64,000 nt of DNA from Pseudomonadota bacterium (GTDB lineage Bacteria > Myxococcota_A > Bradymonadia > Bradymonadales > GCA-2716585): positions 2,934 through 66,933 of the forward strand of contig SYOX01000381.1 in the NCBI GenBank assembly GCA_005804885.1, given 5' to 3'. Below, in pieces: positions 17,684 through 27,139 of this stretch. Numbering within the stretch: position 1 is the stretch's first letter; each line of letters starts with the position of its first letter. The notes beneath the pieces were generated by a model. The model was not told where the DNA came from. It saw only the letters and a list, made by a program, of their open reading frames with translations, and did no database searches. The translations under genes were made by a program, and so were the position numbers.

Positions 17684-20600
17684 ATGATGCGCTCGCTAAC
17701 CTCTCTCTGTGGCCTCGTCGCCCTGCTCGCCCTTCTGGCTTGCGAAGCACCCTCGGCCACGGATGAACCCGGCCTGCGGCGCGTCAACCAGCCCGGACAG
17801 CCCAACAACCCGCCCACCGTCAACTTCCAGGAGATCTCCACGGCGCTCAACACCCCCGTGGCCTTCAGGCTGACCGGCGCAGATCCCGACGGCGACGCCT
17901 TGATCTTCACGGTGCTCCGGCAGCCCTCCAACGGGCGAATCACGGGCACCTCCCCGAACCTGACCTACACCCCCAACAACGGCTTCAACGGCATCGACTC
18001 GATCGACTTCATCGCCAGCGACGGCCTGCTCAACTCCAGCGCCTCCACGATCAACTTCCTCGTCGGCAACCTCCCCCCGACCGGCTTCAACCAGCGGCTC
18101 GTGGTCGACGTCAACACCCCCCGCGCCTTCACCCTTGAGGGCTCCGACCCCAACGGATCGGCGCTGACCTTCGCCGTCGTCACCCCTCCGCGCAACGGGC
18201 GACTCACGGGCACGGCCCCGAACCTGACCTACACCCCCAACAACAACTACACCGGCCCGGACACCTTCACCTTCACCGTCAACGACGGCGCCCTGACCTC
18301 CCCAGCGGCCATTGTCTCCATCGGCGTCGGCGGGGTCTTCAACCAGGCCCCGCTGGCCCTCTTCCAGTCCGTCTCCACCGAGCCTGGCACCCCGGCGGCC
18401 TTCACCCTCCAGGGCATCGATCCCGACGGCGACACGCTGACCTTCACGGTGGTCCGGCAGCCCTCCAACGGGCGAATCACGGGCACCCCCCCGAACCTGA
18501 CCTACACCCCCAACAACGGCTTCATCGGCCAGGACTCGATCGACTTCACCGCCAGCGACGGGCTCCTCAGCTCGGAGGTGTCCTCGGTCATCTTCATCGT
18601 CGGCGATCTCCCCCCCCAGGCCTTTGACTTGGATCTGTCCACGCGCGCCAACACCCCGCTCACCGTCACGCTGGGCGGCCTCGACCCCAACGGCTCTGCG
18701 CTGACCTTCCAAGTCCTCACCCAGCCAGAGAACGGCGACCTCTCGGGCGTCGCCCCCAACCTGACCTACACCCCCGACAACGGCTTCAACGGCCTGGACA
18801 CCTTCACCTACACCGTCAACGACGGCCGGTCGACCTCGCCCCCAGCCAAGGTCAACATTACCATCGGCGAGACGGGCTTCGCGCCGACCGCCAACCCCCA
18901 GGCCCTCACCATCGACGTCGGCGCCTCGACCCCGATCACCCTGACCGGCTCCGATCCCGAGGAGCAGGCGCTGACCTTCGAAGTCCTCACGCAGCCCACC
19001 GGCGGACAGCTCACGGGCACGGCCCCGAACCTGACCTACACCCCCAACCAGGGCTTCGAGGGCCTTGATGAGTTCACCTTCCGGGTCTTTGACGGCGTGT
19101 TGCGCTCTCCGAGCGCCACCGTCACGATCACGGTCGGCACCCTGAACCTCACGCCGGTCGCCTTCCCCCAGGCCCTGACGACGGCGCCCGGCACCCCGCT
19201 GGCCTTCAGGCTCGGCGGCACCGACCCCGAGGGCGCACCCCTGACCTTCGCCGTGGTCGCCGCGCCCCAGCGCGGCCAGCTCTCGGGCACGGCCCCGAAC
19301 CTGACCTACACCCCCAACCAGGGCTTCGAGGGCGAGGATCGCCTCATCTTCACCGTCAACGACGGCCAGCTCACCTCAGCACGCGCCACCATCACCTTCG
19401 CCGTCGGGATCTTCAACACGCCCCCCGTCGCGCTGCCCCAGAGCATCTCGACCGAGGTGAACACGCCCGTCGCGATCACCCTGGGCGCCTCCGACGAGGA
19501 CGGCGACGCGCTGACCTTCGAAGTCTTCTCCAACCCCACCGGCGGCATCCTCTCGGGCGTGGCCCCGAACCTGACCTACACCCCCAACAACGGCTTCGTC
19601 GGCGCGGACATCTTCACCTTCAGAGTGAGCGACGGTGAGGATTTTTCTCCGTTCGTATCCGTACTTGTGCGAGTGGGCGTCGATAACCTGCTCCCCGAGG
19701 CGCTCTCCCAGGCGCTGATCACCAACAGGAACACCCCGGTCGCCATCACGCTGTCGGGCAGCGACCCCGAGGGCTCACCTCTGACCTTCGCCGTGGTCGG
19801 CGCGCCCCAGAGCGGCCAGCTTGCGGGCACGGCCCCAAACCTGACCTACACCCCCAACCAGGGCTTCGAGGGCAACGACGTCTTCACCTTCCGGGTCAAC
19901 GACGGCCTGGACAACTCCGCCCCCGCCTCCGTCCTGATCACGGTGGGAAGGCTCAACCAGGCGCCCTTCGCCAACGATCAAGAGCTGGCCACCCCCCAGG
20001 ACACCCCCCTGGCCTTGACCCTCGACGGGGCCGACCCCGACGGCGGCCCGATCACGATCCAGATCATCGATCGGCCCACGCGGGGCGCGCTCTCGGGCAC
20101 GGCCCCGAACCTGGTCTACACCCCCAACAACGGCTTCAACGGCATCGACTCCTTCACCTGGCAGGCCTCCGACGGCCAGGCGCTCTCGGGGATCGCCACG
20201 GTCGAGATCACCGTCGGCGTGCCCAACGAGCTCCCCGTGGCCTTGTCCCGCGACGTCGTCACCAACCAGGGCACCCCCGTCTCGATCGTGCTGACGGGCC
20301 AGGACCCCGAGGGCGCGCTGCTGACCTTCATCGTGACCCGCTCTCCGGACAACGGTCGGCTGGCGGGCGCTGCCCCGAACCTGGTCTACACCCCCAACGG
20401 CGGCTTCACCGGCGTCGACACCTTTGACTTTGTCGTTGATGACGGCGAGGACGAGTCCCCCACGGCCACCATCTTCATCTTCATCGGCGTCAACCCGCCT
20501 CCCCAGGCCCAGCTCCAGCAGCTCAGGCTCAACGAGGACGCCTCCATTGCCATCACCCTGCGCGCCACGGACCCCGACGGCGGGCCGCTCTCCTTCCAGA

Positions 20601-23600
20601 TCGTCGACCAGCCCGACAGCGGCCAGCTCACCGGCCAGCCGCCCAACCTCGTCTATCGCCCCAATCAGGACTTCTTCGGGATTGACTCCTTCGACTTCAA
20701 GGCCAACGACGGCGTCAACGACTCCAACACGGCCTCGGTCATCCTCATCGTCGCGGGCATCAACGACCCCCCCAAGGCCGACGACCTGACCCTGACCACC
20801 AACGAGGAGGCCCCCGCCACCTTCTCGCTGCCGGCCATCGACCCCGACGGCGACCTGCTCCTCTTCGAAGTCCTTGACGCGCCGCTCAACGGCCAGCTCA
20901 TCGGCGTTCCGCCCAACCTCACCTACGTCCCCAATCCGAACTTTGCCGGCACGGACGACCTGACCTGGCGCGCCTCCGACGGCCAGGAGGACTCCGAGGT
21001 GGCGACCGTCACCTTCAACGTCGTCAACGGCAACGACCCCCCCACGGCCACCGCTCAGGACGTCCGCACGGCGGAGGACACGCCGCTGGCCATCACGCTG
21101 CGCGGCACCGACCTCGACGGCGACAACCTCGGCTTCATCGTCTTGACGCAGCCCACGCGGGGCGCGCTCTCGGGCACGGCCCCGAACCTGACCTACACCC
21201 CCAACCGCAACACCAGCGGCGCCGACAGCTTCACCTTCCGCGCCAACGACGGGCGCGCGCTCTCGGCGACCGCCACCATCCGGATCACCGTCGACGCCGT
21301 CAACGACCCACCGGAGGCCTTCGACGGCCTCGCCAGGACCCCCGCCAACGCCCCCGTCGCCGTCACCTTGCGCGGCCAGGACGAGGAGGGATCTGCCCTG
21401 ACCTTCGCCATCGCCCGCGCGCCTGCCAGCGGTCGCATCACCGGCACGGCGCCCAACGTCACCTACACGCCCAACAACGGCTTCGAGGGCGACGACACCT
21501 TCACCTTCACCGTCAACGACGGCGCCCTGACCTCCCCTCCGGCCACGATCTTCGTGCGCGTCGATCCCCCCAACAACCCCAACTCCGCCCCCGTCGCCCA
21601 GAACCTGACCTTCAACGGGCAGGAGGACACCCCGCTGCCCTTTACGCTCATCGCCCAGGACGCCGACGACGATCTGCTGCTCTTCGAACTCCTCACCCTC
21701 CCCAACCGGGGCACGGTCGAGGGCGCCCCGCCAGCCCTCGTCTACACGCCGCCGGCCGAGTTCGCCGGCCAGGTCACGCTGACGTGGCGCGCCAACGACG
21801 GCCTGGCGACCTCCAACACCGCCACCGTCACCCTGAACATCGCCCCTGCGAACGACCCGCCCTCGGTCTTTGATCAGCTCATCAACACCAACGAGCGCCT
21901 GCCTGTCACCTTCGCCCTCCTCGGCGAGGACCCCGAAGGCGACGCGCTCACCTTCGAAATCCTCACCCAACCTCGCAAGGGCACCCTGAGCGGCCAGATC
22001 CCGAACCTGACCTACACCCCCAACAGCGACTCCACCGGCGAGGACACCCTCACCTTCCGGGCCTCGGACGGCCGGGTCAACTCCGCGACGGGCACCATCC
22101 GCTTCTTCATCGCGCCCATCAACGACCCGCCCACCGCCGACAACCTCGCCGTCCGAACGGACGAGGACACCCCCGTCAGCTTCACCCTGACCGCCGACGA
22201 CCCCGAAACCCCCCAGGCGCTCGTCTTCGTCCTGGCCTCGAACCCGACCCTCGGGCGTCTCTCGGGCGCGGTCCCGAACCTGACCTACACCCCCAACCTC
22301 AACGCCAGCGGCACCGACCGCTTCACCTTCCTCGTCAACGACGGCCAGTTCAACTCCAACATCGCCACCGTCAACATCACCATCACCGGCATCAACGACC
22401 CGCCGATCGCGCGCGACCTCGAGGCCACCACCGAGGTCAACACCCCAGTCTCCCTCACGCTGGTCTTCTCCGACGAGGACGATCAGAACCTCACCGTCCG
22501 GATCACCGACGCCCCCGACCACGGCGCCCTCACCGGCACCGCGCCCAATCTCACCTACACGCCCGAGGAAGGCTTCGGCGGCGAGGACACCTTCGTCTTC
22601 TCGGTCAGCGACGGGCGCGCCACGGCCACCGGCAATGTGCGGATCTTCGTCAACAACCAGGATCTGCCGCCGCCCGTCGTCACCCTCCAGACCCCGATCC
22701 GATGGTTTGACGATCAGGCGCGACTTGTCGCCACCGTCACCGACTCCACCTGCAACAGCACGCCGACCGCCTCCGCGAGCCCGGACAACATCCAGGTGGG
22801 GGTCGCCGAGGAGGCCGAGGGCCGCTGGCGCGTCCAGTCGCAGCTCCTGCCCGAGGGCCTTCACGCCATCAACCTCACCGTCACGAGCCGGTGCTCTGGG
22901 CGCCGCGGCAACGCCAGCGCCGTCTTCGGCATCGACGCCACGCCCCCCACCCTCAACGCCCCCTCCATCTCACAAGATGGCGTCGTTGTTGGCGATCCGG
23001 CCACCTGGCCCGCCTTCTCCCCCGACGCCCGGATCAACCTCTCGGCCCTGCTGCGCGACCCCCTGAGCGGGCTCGCCCGCGTGAACGCCGCCCTCGTCAA
23101 CCTGGACGACCAGCGCTCCACGCCCACCCTCGACCTCGACCTCGACGCCCGCCTCGGCCAGCCCCCCGCCGGCCCCCGATCCCAGACCCTCTCCCTGTGC
23201 GCCAACCCCGCCCTCTGCGACGACGGAAGCCTCGATCTGGCCCGGATCGGCGCCCAGGACGGCGACCTCTTCGCGCTCCGGATCCAGGTCCGCGACGTGG
23301 CCGGCAACCTCCTGACCCAGGAGCTCCTCCTGCGCGTCGGCCTGCTGCGCCCCGCCATCGTCGCCTGGCGGCAGGCCCTGGCCGCCCTCTCCTCCGACAT
23401 CCCCGCCGCCGATGCCCTCATCGACGGCGCCCTCATCAAGCTCGACCTCGCCCTCCAGGGCGTCGACCGCGACCAGCTCGGCAACACCCTGCTCGCCCTC
23501 GAAGACGCCTACGGCTTGAGCGCCGACGCCCGCTTCCTCGACTCCGACCTGGCCGACACCGACCCGCTCGCGCTTGAGATCGTCGCCCTCGGCCACGCCC

Positions 23601-24367
23601 TCTTCGAAGCCACCCTCGGCGATCTGCGCCGCGACCTCGGCCCACGCCCCGAGTTCAACCCCGCCGGCGTCGCCCTCGATCTGGCCCGCGCCCAGATGGA
23701 GCTCGAACTCCCCGGCGACGCCCTGCTCGCCCTGGCCAACGCCTTCTTCTGGATCGAGCGCGGGCAGCGCCAGCCCCGCGCCGCCTCCTTCGCCGACGCG
23801 CTGGGCCTCCTGGACCGCCTCATCGGCGACACCGGCGACTACATCGGCCTCAACCCGCCCCTGACGGGCCGCACCGGGCTCATCGCGGTCAGAGCCGATC
23901 TCATCGCCGCCCGCGCCGACCTCGGCGCCATCTCCGCGCGAGGCCCCGTCGCCCTGGACGACGCCGCCCACCTCCAGCTGGCGATGACGCTGGCCGACGC
24001 CGCCCGCGACCTCAAGGCCCTCGAAGAGCAAGCCATCTGGGTCCGCGGCCACATCCTCACGCTGGCCTTGATCGAGATCATCGTCCAAGGGCACAACTTC
24101 GAGCGCTTCGGCAACCTCATCGGCGTCGATCACCCCGTCGTCCTCCTCGGAATCGGGCAGATCGATGCCGCCGTCACGCTGGCCGAAGGCGAGCTTGTTG
24201 AAGATCTCTTCGAGACCGCCATCTTCAGCAGCCAGTGCCTCCTGATCGCCCTGGAGTCCATCTTCGACCCCCGCGGGCCGGCCCCTCCCCTGACCTGCTG
24301 CGACGACCTGCTGGTCGCCGAGGACCTCGACAGAGACGTCGTTGTCCCGAGGGCCTGCACGCCCTGA
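17684..24367 (+). CDS. Giant lipoprotein with 18 bacterial Ig-like (tandem-95) repeats + C-terminal module paralogous to the upstream adhesin
   Basis: RBS AGGAG, then MMRSLTSLCGLVALLALLA|C lipobox. I counted 18 repeats of ~90 aa (PNLTYTPN.GF.G.D.F.F...DG). The C-terminal ~560 aa align by eye with the upstream protein (LLRDPLSG, DVAGN, LRP.IVAWR.AL, KLD.AL.G, GN..L.LEDA, CC.D). Confidence 0.9.
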   Translation: MMRSLTSLCGLVALLALLACEAPSATDEPGLRRVNQPGQPNNPPTVNFQEISTALNTPVAFRLTGADPDGDALIFTVLRQPSNGRITGTSPNLTYTPNNGFNGIDSIDFIASDGLLNSSASTINFLVGNLPPTGFNQRLVVDVNTPRAFTLEGSDPNGSALTFAVVTPPRNGRLTGTAPNLTYTPNNNYTGPDTFTFTVNDGALTSPAAIVSIGVGGVFNQAPLALFQSVSTEPGTPAAFTLQGIDPDGDTLTFTVVRQPSNGRITGTPPNLTYTPNNGFIGQDSIDFTASDGLLSSEVSSVIFIVGDLPPQAFDLDLSTRANTPLTVTLGGLDPNGSALTFQVLTQPENGDLSGVAPNLTYTPDNGFNGLDTFTYTVNDGRSTSPPAKVNITIGETGFAPTANPQALTIDVGASTPITLTGSDPEEQALTFEVLTQPTGGQLTGTAPNLTYTPNQGFEGLDEFTFRVFDGVLRSPSATVTITVGTLNLTPVAFPQALTTAPGTPLAFRLGGTDPEGAPLTFAVVAAPQRGQLSGTAPNLTYTPNQGFEGEDRLIFTVNDGQLTSARATITFAVGIFNTPPVALPQSISTEVNTPVAITLGASDEDGDALTFEVFSNPTGGILSGVAPNLTYTPNNGFVGADIFTFRVSDGEDFSPFVSVLVRVGVDNLLPEALSQALITNRNTPVAITLSGSDPEGSPLTFAVVGAPQSGQLAGTAPNLTYTPNQGFEGNDVFTFRVNDGLDNSAPASVLITVGRLNQAPFANDQELATPQDTPLALTLDGADPDGGPITIQIIDRPTRGALSGTAPNLVYTPNNGFNGIDSFTWQASDGQALSGIATVEITVGVPNELPVALSRDVVTNQGTPVSIVLTGQDPEGALLTFIVTRSPDNGRLAGAAPNLVYTPNGGFTGVDTFDFVVDDGEDESPTATIFIFIGVNPPPQAQLQQLRLNEDASIAITLRATDPDGGPLSFQIVDQPDSGQLTGQPPNLVYRPNQDFFGIDSFDFKANDGVNDSNTASVILIVAGINDPPKADDLTLTTNEEAPATFSLPAIDPDGDLLLFEVLDAPLNGQLIGVPPNLTYVPNPNFAGTDDLTWRASDGQEDSEVATVTFNVVNGNDPPTATAQDVRTAEDTPLAITLRGTDLDGDNLGFIVLTQPTRGALSGTAPNLTYTPNRNTSGADSFTFRANDGRALSATATIRITVDAVNDPPEAFDGLARTPANAPVAVTLRGQDEEGSALTFAIARAPASGRITGTAPNVTYTPNNGFEGDDTFTFTVNDGALTSPPATIFVRVDPPNNPNSAPVAQNLTFNGQEDTPLPFTLIAQDADDDLLLFELLTLPNRGTVEGAPPALVYTPPAEFAGQVTLTWRANDGLATSNTATVTLNIAPANDPPSVFDQLINTNERLPVTFALLGEDPEGDALTFEILTQPRKGTLSGQIPNLTYTPNSDSTGEDTLTFRASDGRVNSATGTIRFFIAPINDPPTADNLAVRTDEDTPVSFTLTADDPETPQALVFVLASNPTLGRLSGAVPNLTYTPNLNASGTDRFTFLVNDGQFNSNIATVNITITGINDPPIARDLEATTEVNTPVSLTLVFSDEDDQNLTVRITDAPDHGALTGTAPNLTYTPEEGFGGEDTFVFSVSDGRATATGNVRIFVNNQDLPPPVVTLQTPIRWFDDQARLVATVTDSTCNSTPTASASPDNIQVGVAEEAEGRWRVQSQLLPEGLHAINLTVTSRCSGRRGNASAVFGIDATPPTLNAPSISQDGVVVGDPATWPAFSPDARINLSALLRDPLSGLARVNAALVNLDDQRSTPTLDLDLDARLGQPPAGPRSQTLSLCANPALCDDGSLDLARIGAQDGDLFALRIQVRDVAGNLLTQELLLRVGLLRPAIVAWRQALAALSSDIPAADALIDGALIKLDLALQGVDRDQLGNTLLALEDAYGLSADARFLDSDLADTDPLALEIVALGHALFEATLGDLRRDLGPRPEFNPAGVALDLARAQMELELPGDALLALANAFFWIERGQRQPRAASFADALGLLDRLIGDTGDYIGLNPPLTGRTGLIAVRADLIAARADLGAISARGPVALDDAAHLQLAMTLADAARDLKALEEQAIWVRGHILTLALIEIIVQGHNFERFGNLIGVDHPVVLLGIGQIDAAVTLAEGELVEDLFETAIFSSQCLLIALESIFDPRGPAPPLTCCDDLLVAEDLDRDVVVPRACTP

Positions 24368-24463
24368 CGAAGGGGGGGACTGACCGCTCCAGGGACGCGA
24401 GCGAGCCTGGGGCGAGCGGGGACACTGTTCAGACACCGCTCCACACCCTTGAGGGACCCCGAC

Positions 24464-24940
24464 ATGCACCCGAACCAGGAGCTCCTGAAGCGCTTCTACA
24501 CGGCCTTCCAGAAGCGCGATCACGCCGGCATGGCCGCCTGCTACCACCCCGAGATCGAGTTCTCCGACCCGGTCTTCAAGGATCTCAAGGGCTTCAAGGC
24601 CGGCGCGATGTGGCACATGCTCTGCGAGCGGGGCAAGGATCTGGTCATCGAGTTCTCCGACCTCAGCGCCGACGACACCACTGGCCGTGCCCACTGGGAG
24701 GCCCACTACACCTTCAGCGTCACCGGCCAGAAGGTCCACAACCGCATCGACGCCTCCTTCGAGTTCAAGGACGGCAAGATCATCCGGCACACCGACGACT
24801 TCAACCTGACCGCCTGGGCCGGCATGGCCCTCGGCCTCAAGGGCAAGCTGCTCGGCTGGGCGCCCCCCGTCCAGAACGCCATCCGCAAGAACGCCCTCGG
24901 CGGCCTCGACCAGTTCATCGCCAGGAACAACCTCTCCTGA
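24464..24940 (+). CDS. SnoaL-like / NTF2-family protein
   Basis: N..LL.RFYTAFQ.RD...M.ACYHP...FSDPVF..L.G..AG.MW.ML...W.A.YTFS.TG..V.N.I...F.F.DGKI..H.D.F. Confidence 0.85.
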   Translation: MHPNQELLKRFYTAFQKRDHAGMAACYHPEIEFSDPVFKDLKGFKAGAMWHMLCERGKDLVIEFSDLSADDTTGRAHWEAHYTFSVTGQKVHNRIDASFEFKDGKIIRHTDDFNLTAWAGMALGLKGKLLGWAPPVQNAIRKNALGGLDQFIARNNLS

Positions 24941-25034
24941 CTCCCCCACCCGCTGGCCGCGCCGGACCACGGCGCGGCCCACCACGGCGGCCCGAAGCGC
25001 CGCCCCAACCCCCGCTGAGGAAACGCGAGGCACC

Positions 25035-25835
25035 TTGGATCTCAAAGCCCTGCTCGAAACCCTCCGCGCCTTGTATCACGACCCCCTCGACGATGAGATC
25101 GCCGCCCTCCCTCGCCAGCGGCCCGGCCGCATCTCCGGCTCCGCCCGCGATCTCCTCGACGCCCTCTCCCAATGGCCCCACGCCAGGCTCCCCGAGGTCG
25201 CCCTCGACGCGCTGCAAGCCCTCCTGACGACCTCGGGCCACGCCGCCCTCTGGACTCGACAACTCAAGGATCTCGGCTACATCTTGACCGACGTCGTCCT
25301 GACCGACCCCCTCGATCCCGACGGAGACGTCGACCGAGGCGACGCCAGGAGCCGCGCCCTCCCCTTCCGCCGCGATCTCGCCGCTCAGATCCCGCTCACC
25401 GAGCAGGCCCTGATCTGCGCCATCGAGTTCGCGCGCGGCACCCTCGAAGCCCGCGGCGAGGAGGCCGCCCGGCTCGTAAAGCGAGCGCTCGGCTCACGCG
25501 GCCTCTACCTCTCCACCGACGAGCTGAGCGTCTCCGTCACCTCCAACGCCGACGAGGGCGAGGCGACCGAAGACCTCCAGAGCTGGTTCAGGGACTGGTT
25601 CTTGCGCGACGGCCGACCCGAGCACCTCGAGATCATCTGCGTGGTCACCCCGCCCGCCATGGAGACTCGCCGCGTCGTCCTCCACGAGGACACCGCCATC
25701 GAGCTGATCTTCGATCTCAGGATCGCGCGCGAGGGCGACGGCGTCGTGATCGGCCCCGTCCAACTCCAGGACTGGGACGTGGACAACTACGTCGAAGAGG
25801 TCACCGAAGACGACGTTGGCTTCTATTACGACTGA
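25035..25835 (+). CDS. Hypothetical protein
   Basis: 266-aa ORF with genome-typical codon use, TTG start after GAGG, acidic C-terminus. Confidence 0.65.
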   Translation: MDLKALLETLRALYHDPLDDEIAALPRQRPGRISGSARDLLDALSQWPHARLPEVALDALQALLTTSGHAALWTRQLKDLGYILTDVVLTDPLDPDGDVDRGDARSRALPFRRDLAAQIPLTEQALICAIEFARGTLEARGEEAARLVKRALGSRGLYLSTDELSVSVTSNADEGEATEDLQSWFRDWFLRDGRPEHLEIICVVTPPAMETRRVVLHEDTAIELIFDLRIAREGDGVVIGPVQLQDWDVDNYVEEVTEDDVGFYYD

Positions 25836-25856
25836 CCTCCTCGCACTCCAGCCCCA

Positions 25857-26173
25857 CACTCCACCCCCTGTCCCCCGTGAGCCACTGGCTCCCGAAGGGC
25901 ACTGCCCTCGCTGCGCAAGGAGGGGGAACGCTCGGATTACGGGCACGGTGGTTCGCACTCCACCCCCTGTCCCCCTCCTCGTGGAACGAGGAGGGGGGAC
26001 GCTCGTATTACGGGTGGTGGTGGATCGAATCCCGCCCCGGCGACATCACGACCCGCCCCAGGCGGCCAGCGATCCCGGCAATGGCTCTTGCGGCCCGCCC
26101 CCCGAACCACCGTGCCCGTAATTCAAGCGTCCCCCCTCCTCGTGGAACGAGGAGGGGGACAGGGGGTGGAGTG
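25857..26173. repeat. Cluster of three REP-like palindromic elements (two direct, one inverted)
   Basis: Unit cactccaccccctgtccccctcctcgt-ggaa-cgaggaggggggacgct.g.attacggg... at 25857-25955 (centre replaced), 25956-~26020 and inverted at 26103-26173. Confidence 0.8.
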
Positions 26174-26272
26174 TGCCAACCTGCCCGACCCCTTGCGGGC
26201 GCTCGTCGACCTTGCCGGGTCGGATCGGGGCGTGGTATCTCCATGTGAGCGGACACTCACCTTGGGGGGATC

Positions 26273-27139
26273 ATGGGCGGCGACAAGGCGATAATCACAT
26301 GCGCGCTGACGGGGGTCTTGACGGACCCGGCGCAGCACCCGGTGCCGGTGACGCCGGCGCAGATGGCGGCCGAGGCGCGGCGGGCCCACGACGCGGGGGC
26401 CTCGGTGATGCACGTCCACTTCAGGCGGCAGGAGCCTGGGATGGGGCGCTTGCCGTCGTGGGATCCGGACGTGGCCGAGGCGATCTGCGCGGCGATCCGG
26501 GCCGAGGTGCCGGAGGTGATCCTGAACCTGACGACGGGGGTGATGGGCGACGACATCAGCGGGCCGATGGCGTGCCTGGAGCGGGTCAAGCCGGAGATGG
26601 CGGCGATGAACGCCGGCTCGCTCAACTACCTGCGGACCCGCAAGGGGGGCGCGTGGGCGTGGCCGCCGATGCTCTTTGACAACAGCGTCGAGAAGATCGG
26701 GCGGACGCTCAAGGTGATGGACGCGCTGGAGGTCGTGCCGGAGTGCGAGTGCTTCGACACGGGGATCGTGCGCTCGGTGGGGATGTTCCAGGAGGTCGGT
26801 ATCCTCAAGGCGCCCTCGCACATCTCGCTGGTGATGGGAGTCGCCAGCGGGATGCCGGCCCGCGCGGATCTGCTGCCCATCCTGGTCGACGAGATGCCTG
26901 CCGGGAGCCGGTGGCAGTCCATCGTGATCGGTCGCCAGGAGGTCTGGCCTGTTCATGCGCGCACGGCGGAGCTGGGCGGGCATCTCAGGACGGGGGTCGA
27001 GGACACCTTCTATCTGCCGGACGGGGCGCACGTGGACGGCAACGGGCCGCTCATCGAGGCGCTGGCGAGGGTGGCGCGGGAGGCGGGCCGCGAGCCGGCC
27101 ACCTGCGCCGAGGCCCGAGCGATGATCCTGGGGCACTGA
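26273..27139 (+). CDS. Beta-keto acid cleavage enzyme (BKACE / DUF849, Kce family)
   Basis: KAIITCALTG...P.TP.Q...EA...AGAS..HVHFR...N.GSLN...ECECFD.G...RTGVEDT. Confidence 0.9.
   Translation: MGGDKAIITCALTGVLTDPAQHPVPVTPAQMAAEARRAHDAGASVMHVHFRRQEPGMGRLPSWDPDVAEAICAAIRAEVPEVILNLTTGVMGDDISGPMACLERVKPEMAAMNAGSLNYLRTRKGGAWAWPPMLFDNSVEKIGRTLKVMDALEVVPECECFDTGIVRSVGMFQEVGILKAPSHISLVMGVASGMPARADLLPILVDEMPAGSRWQSIVIGRQEVWPVHARTAELGGHLRTGVEDTFYLPDGAHVDGNGPLIEALARVAREAGREPATCAEARAMILGH

Noticed and set aside
25857-26173. CRISPR array
   Set aside because: Only three copies, one inverted, no regular unique spacers and no cas genes.
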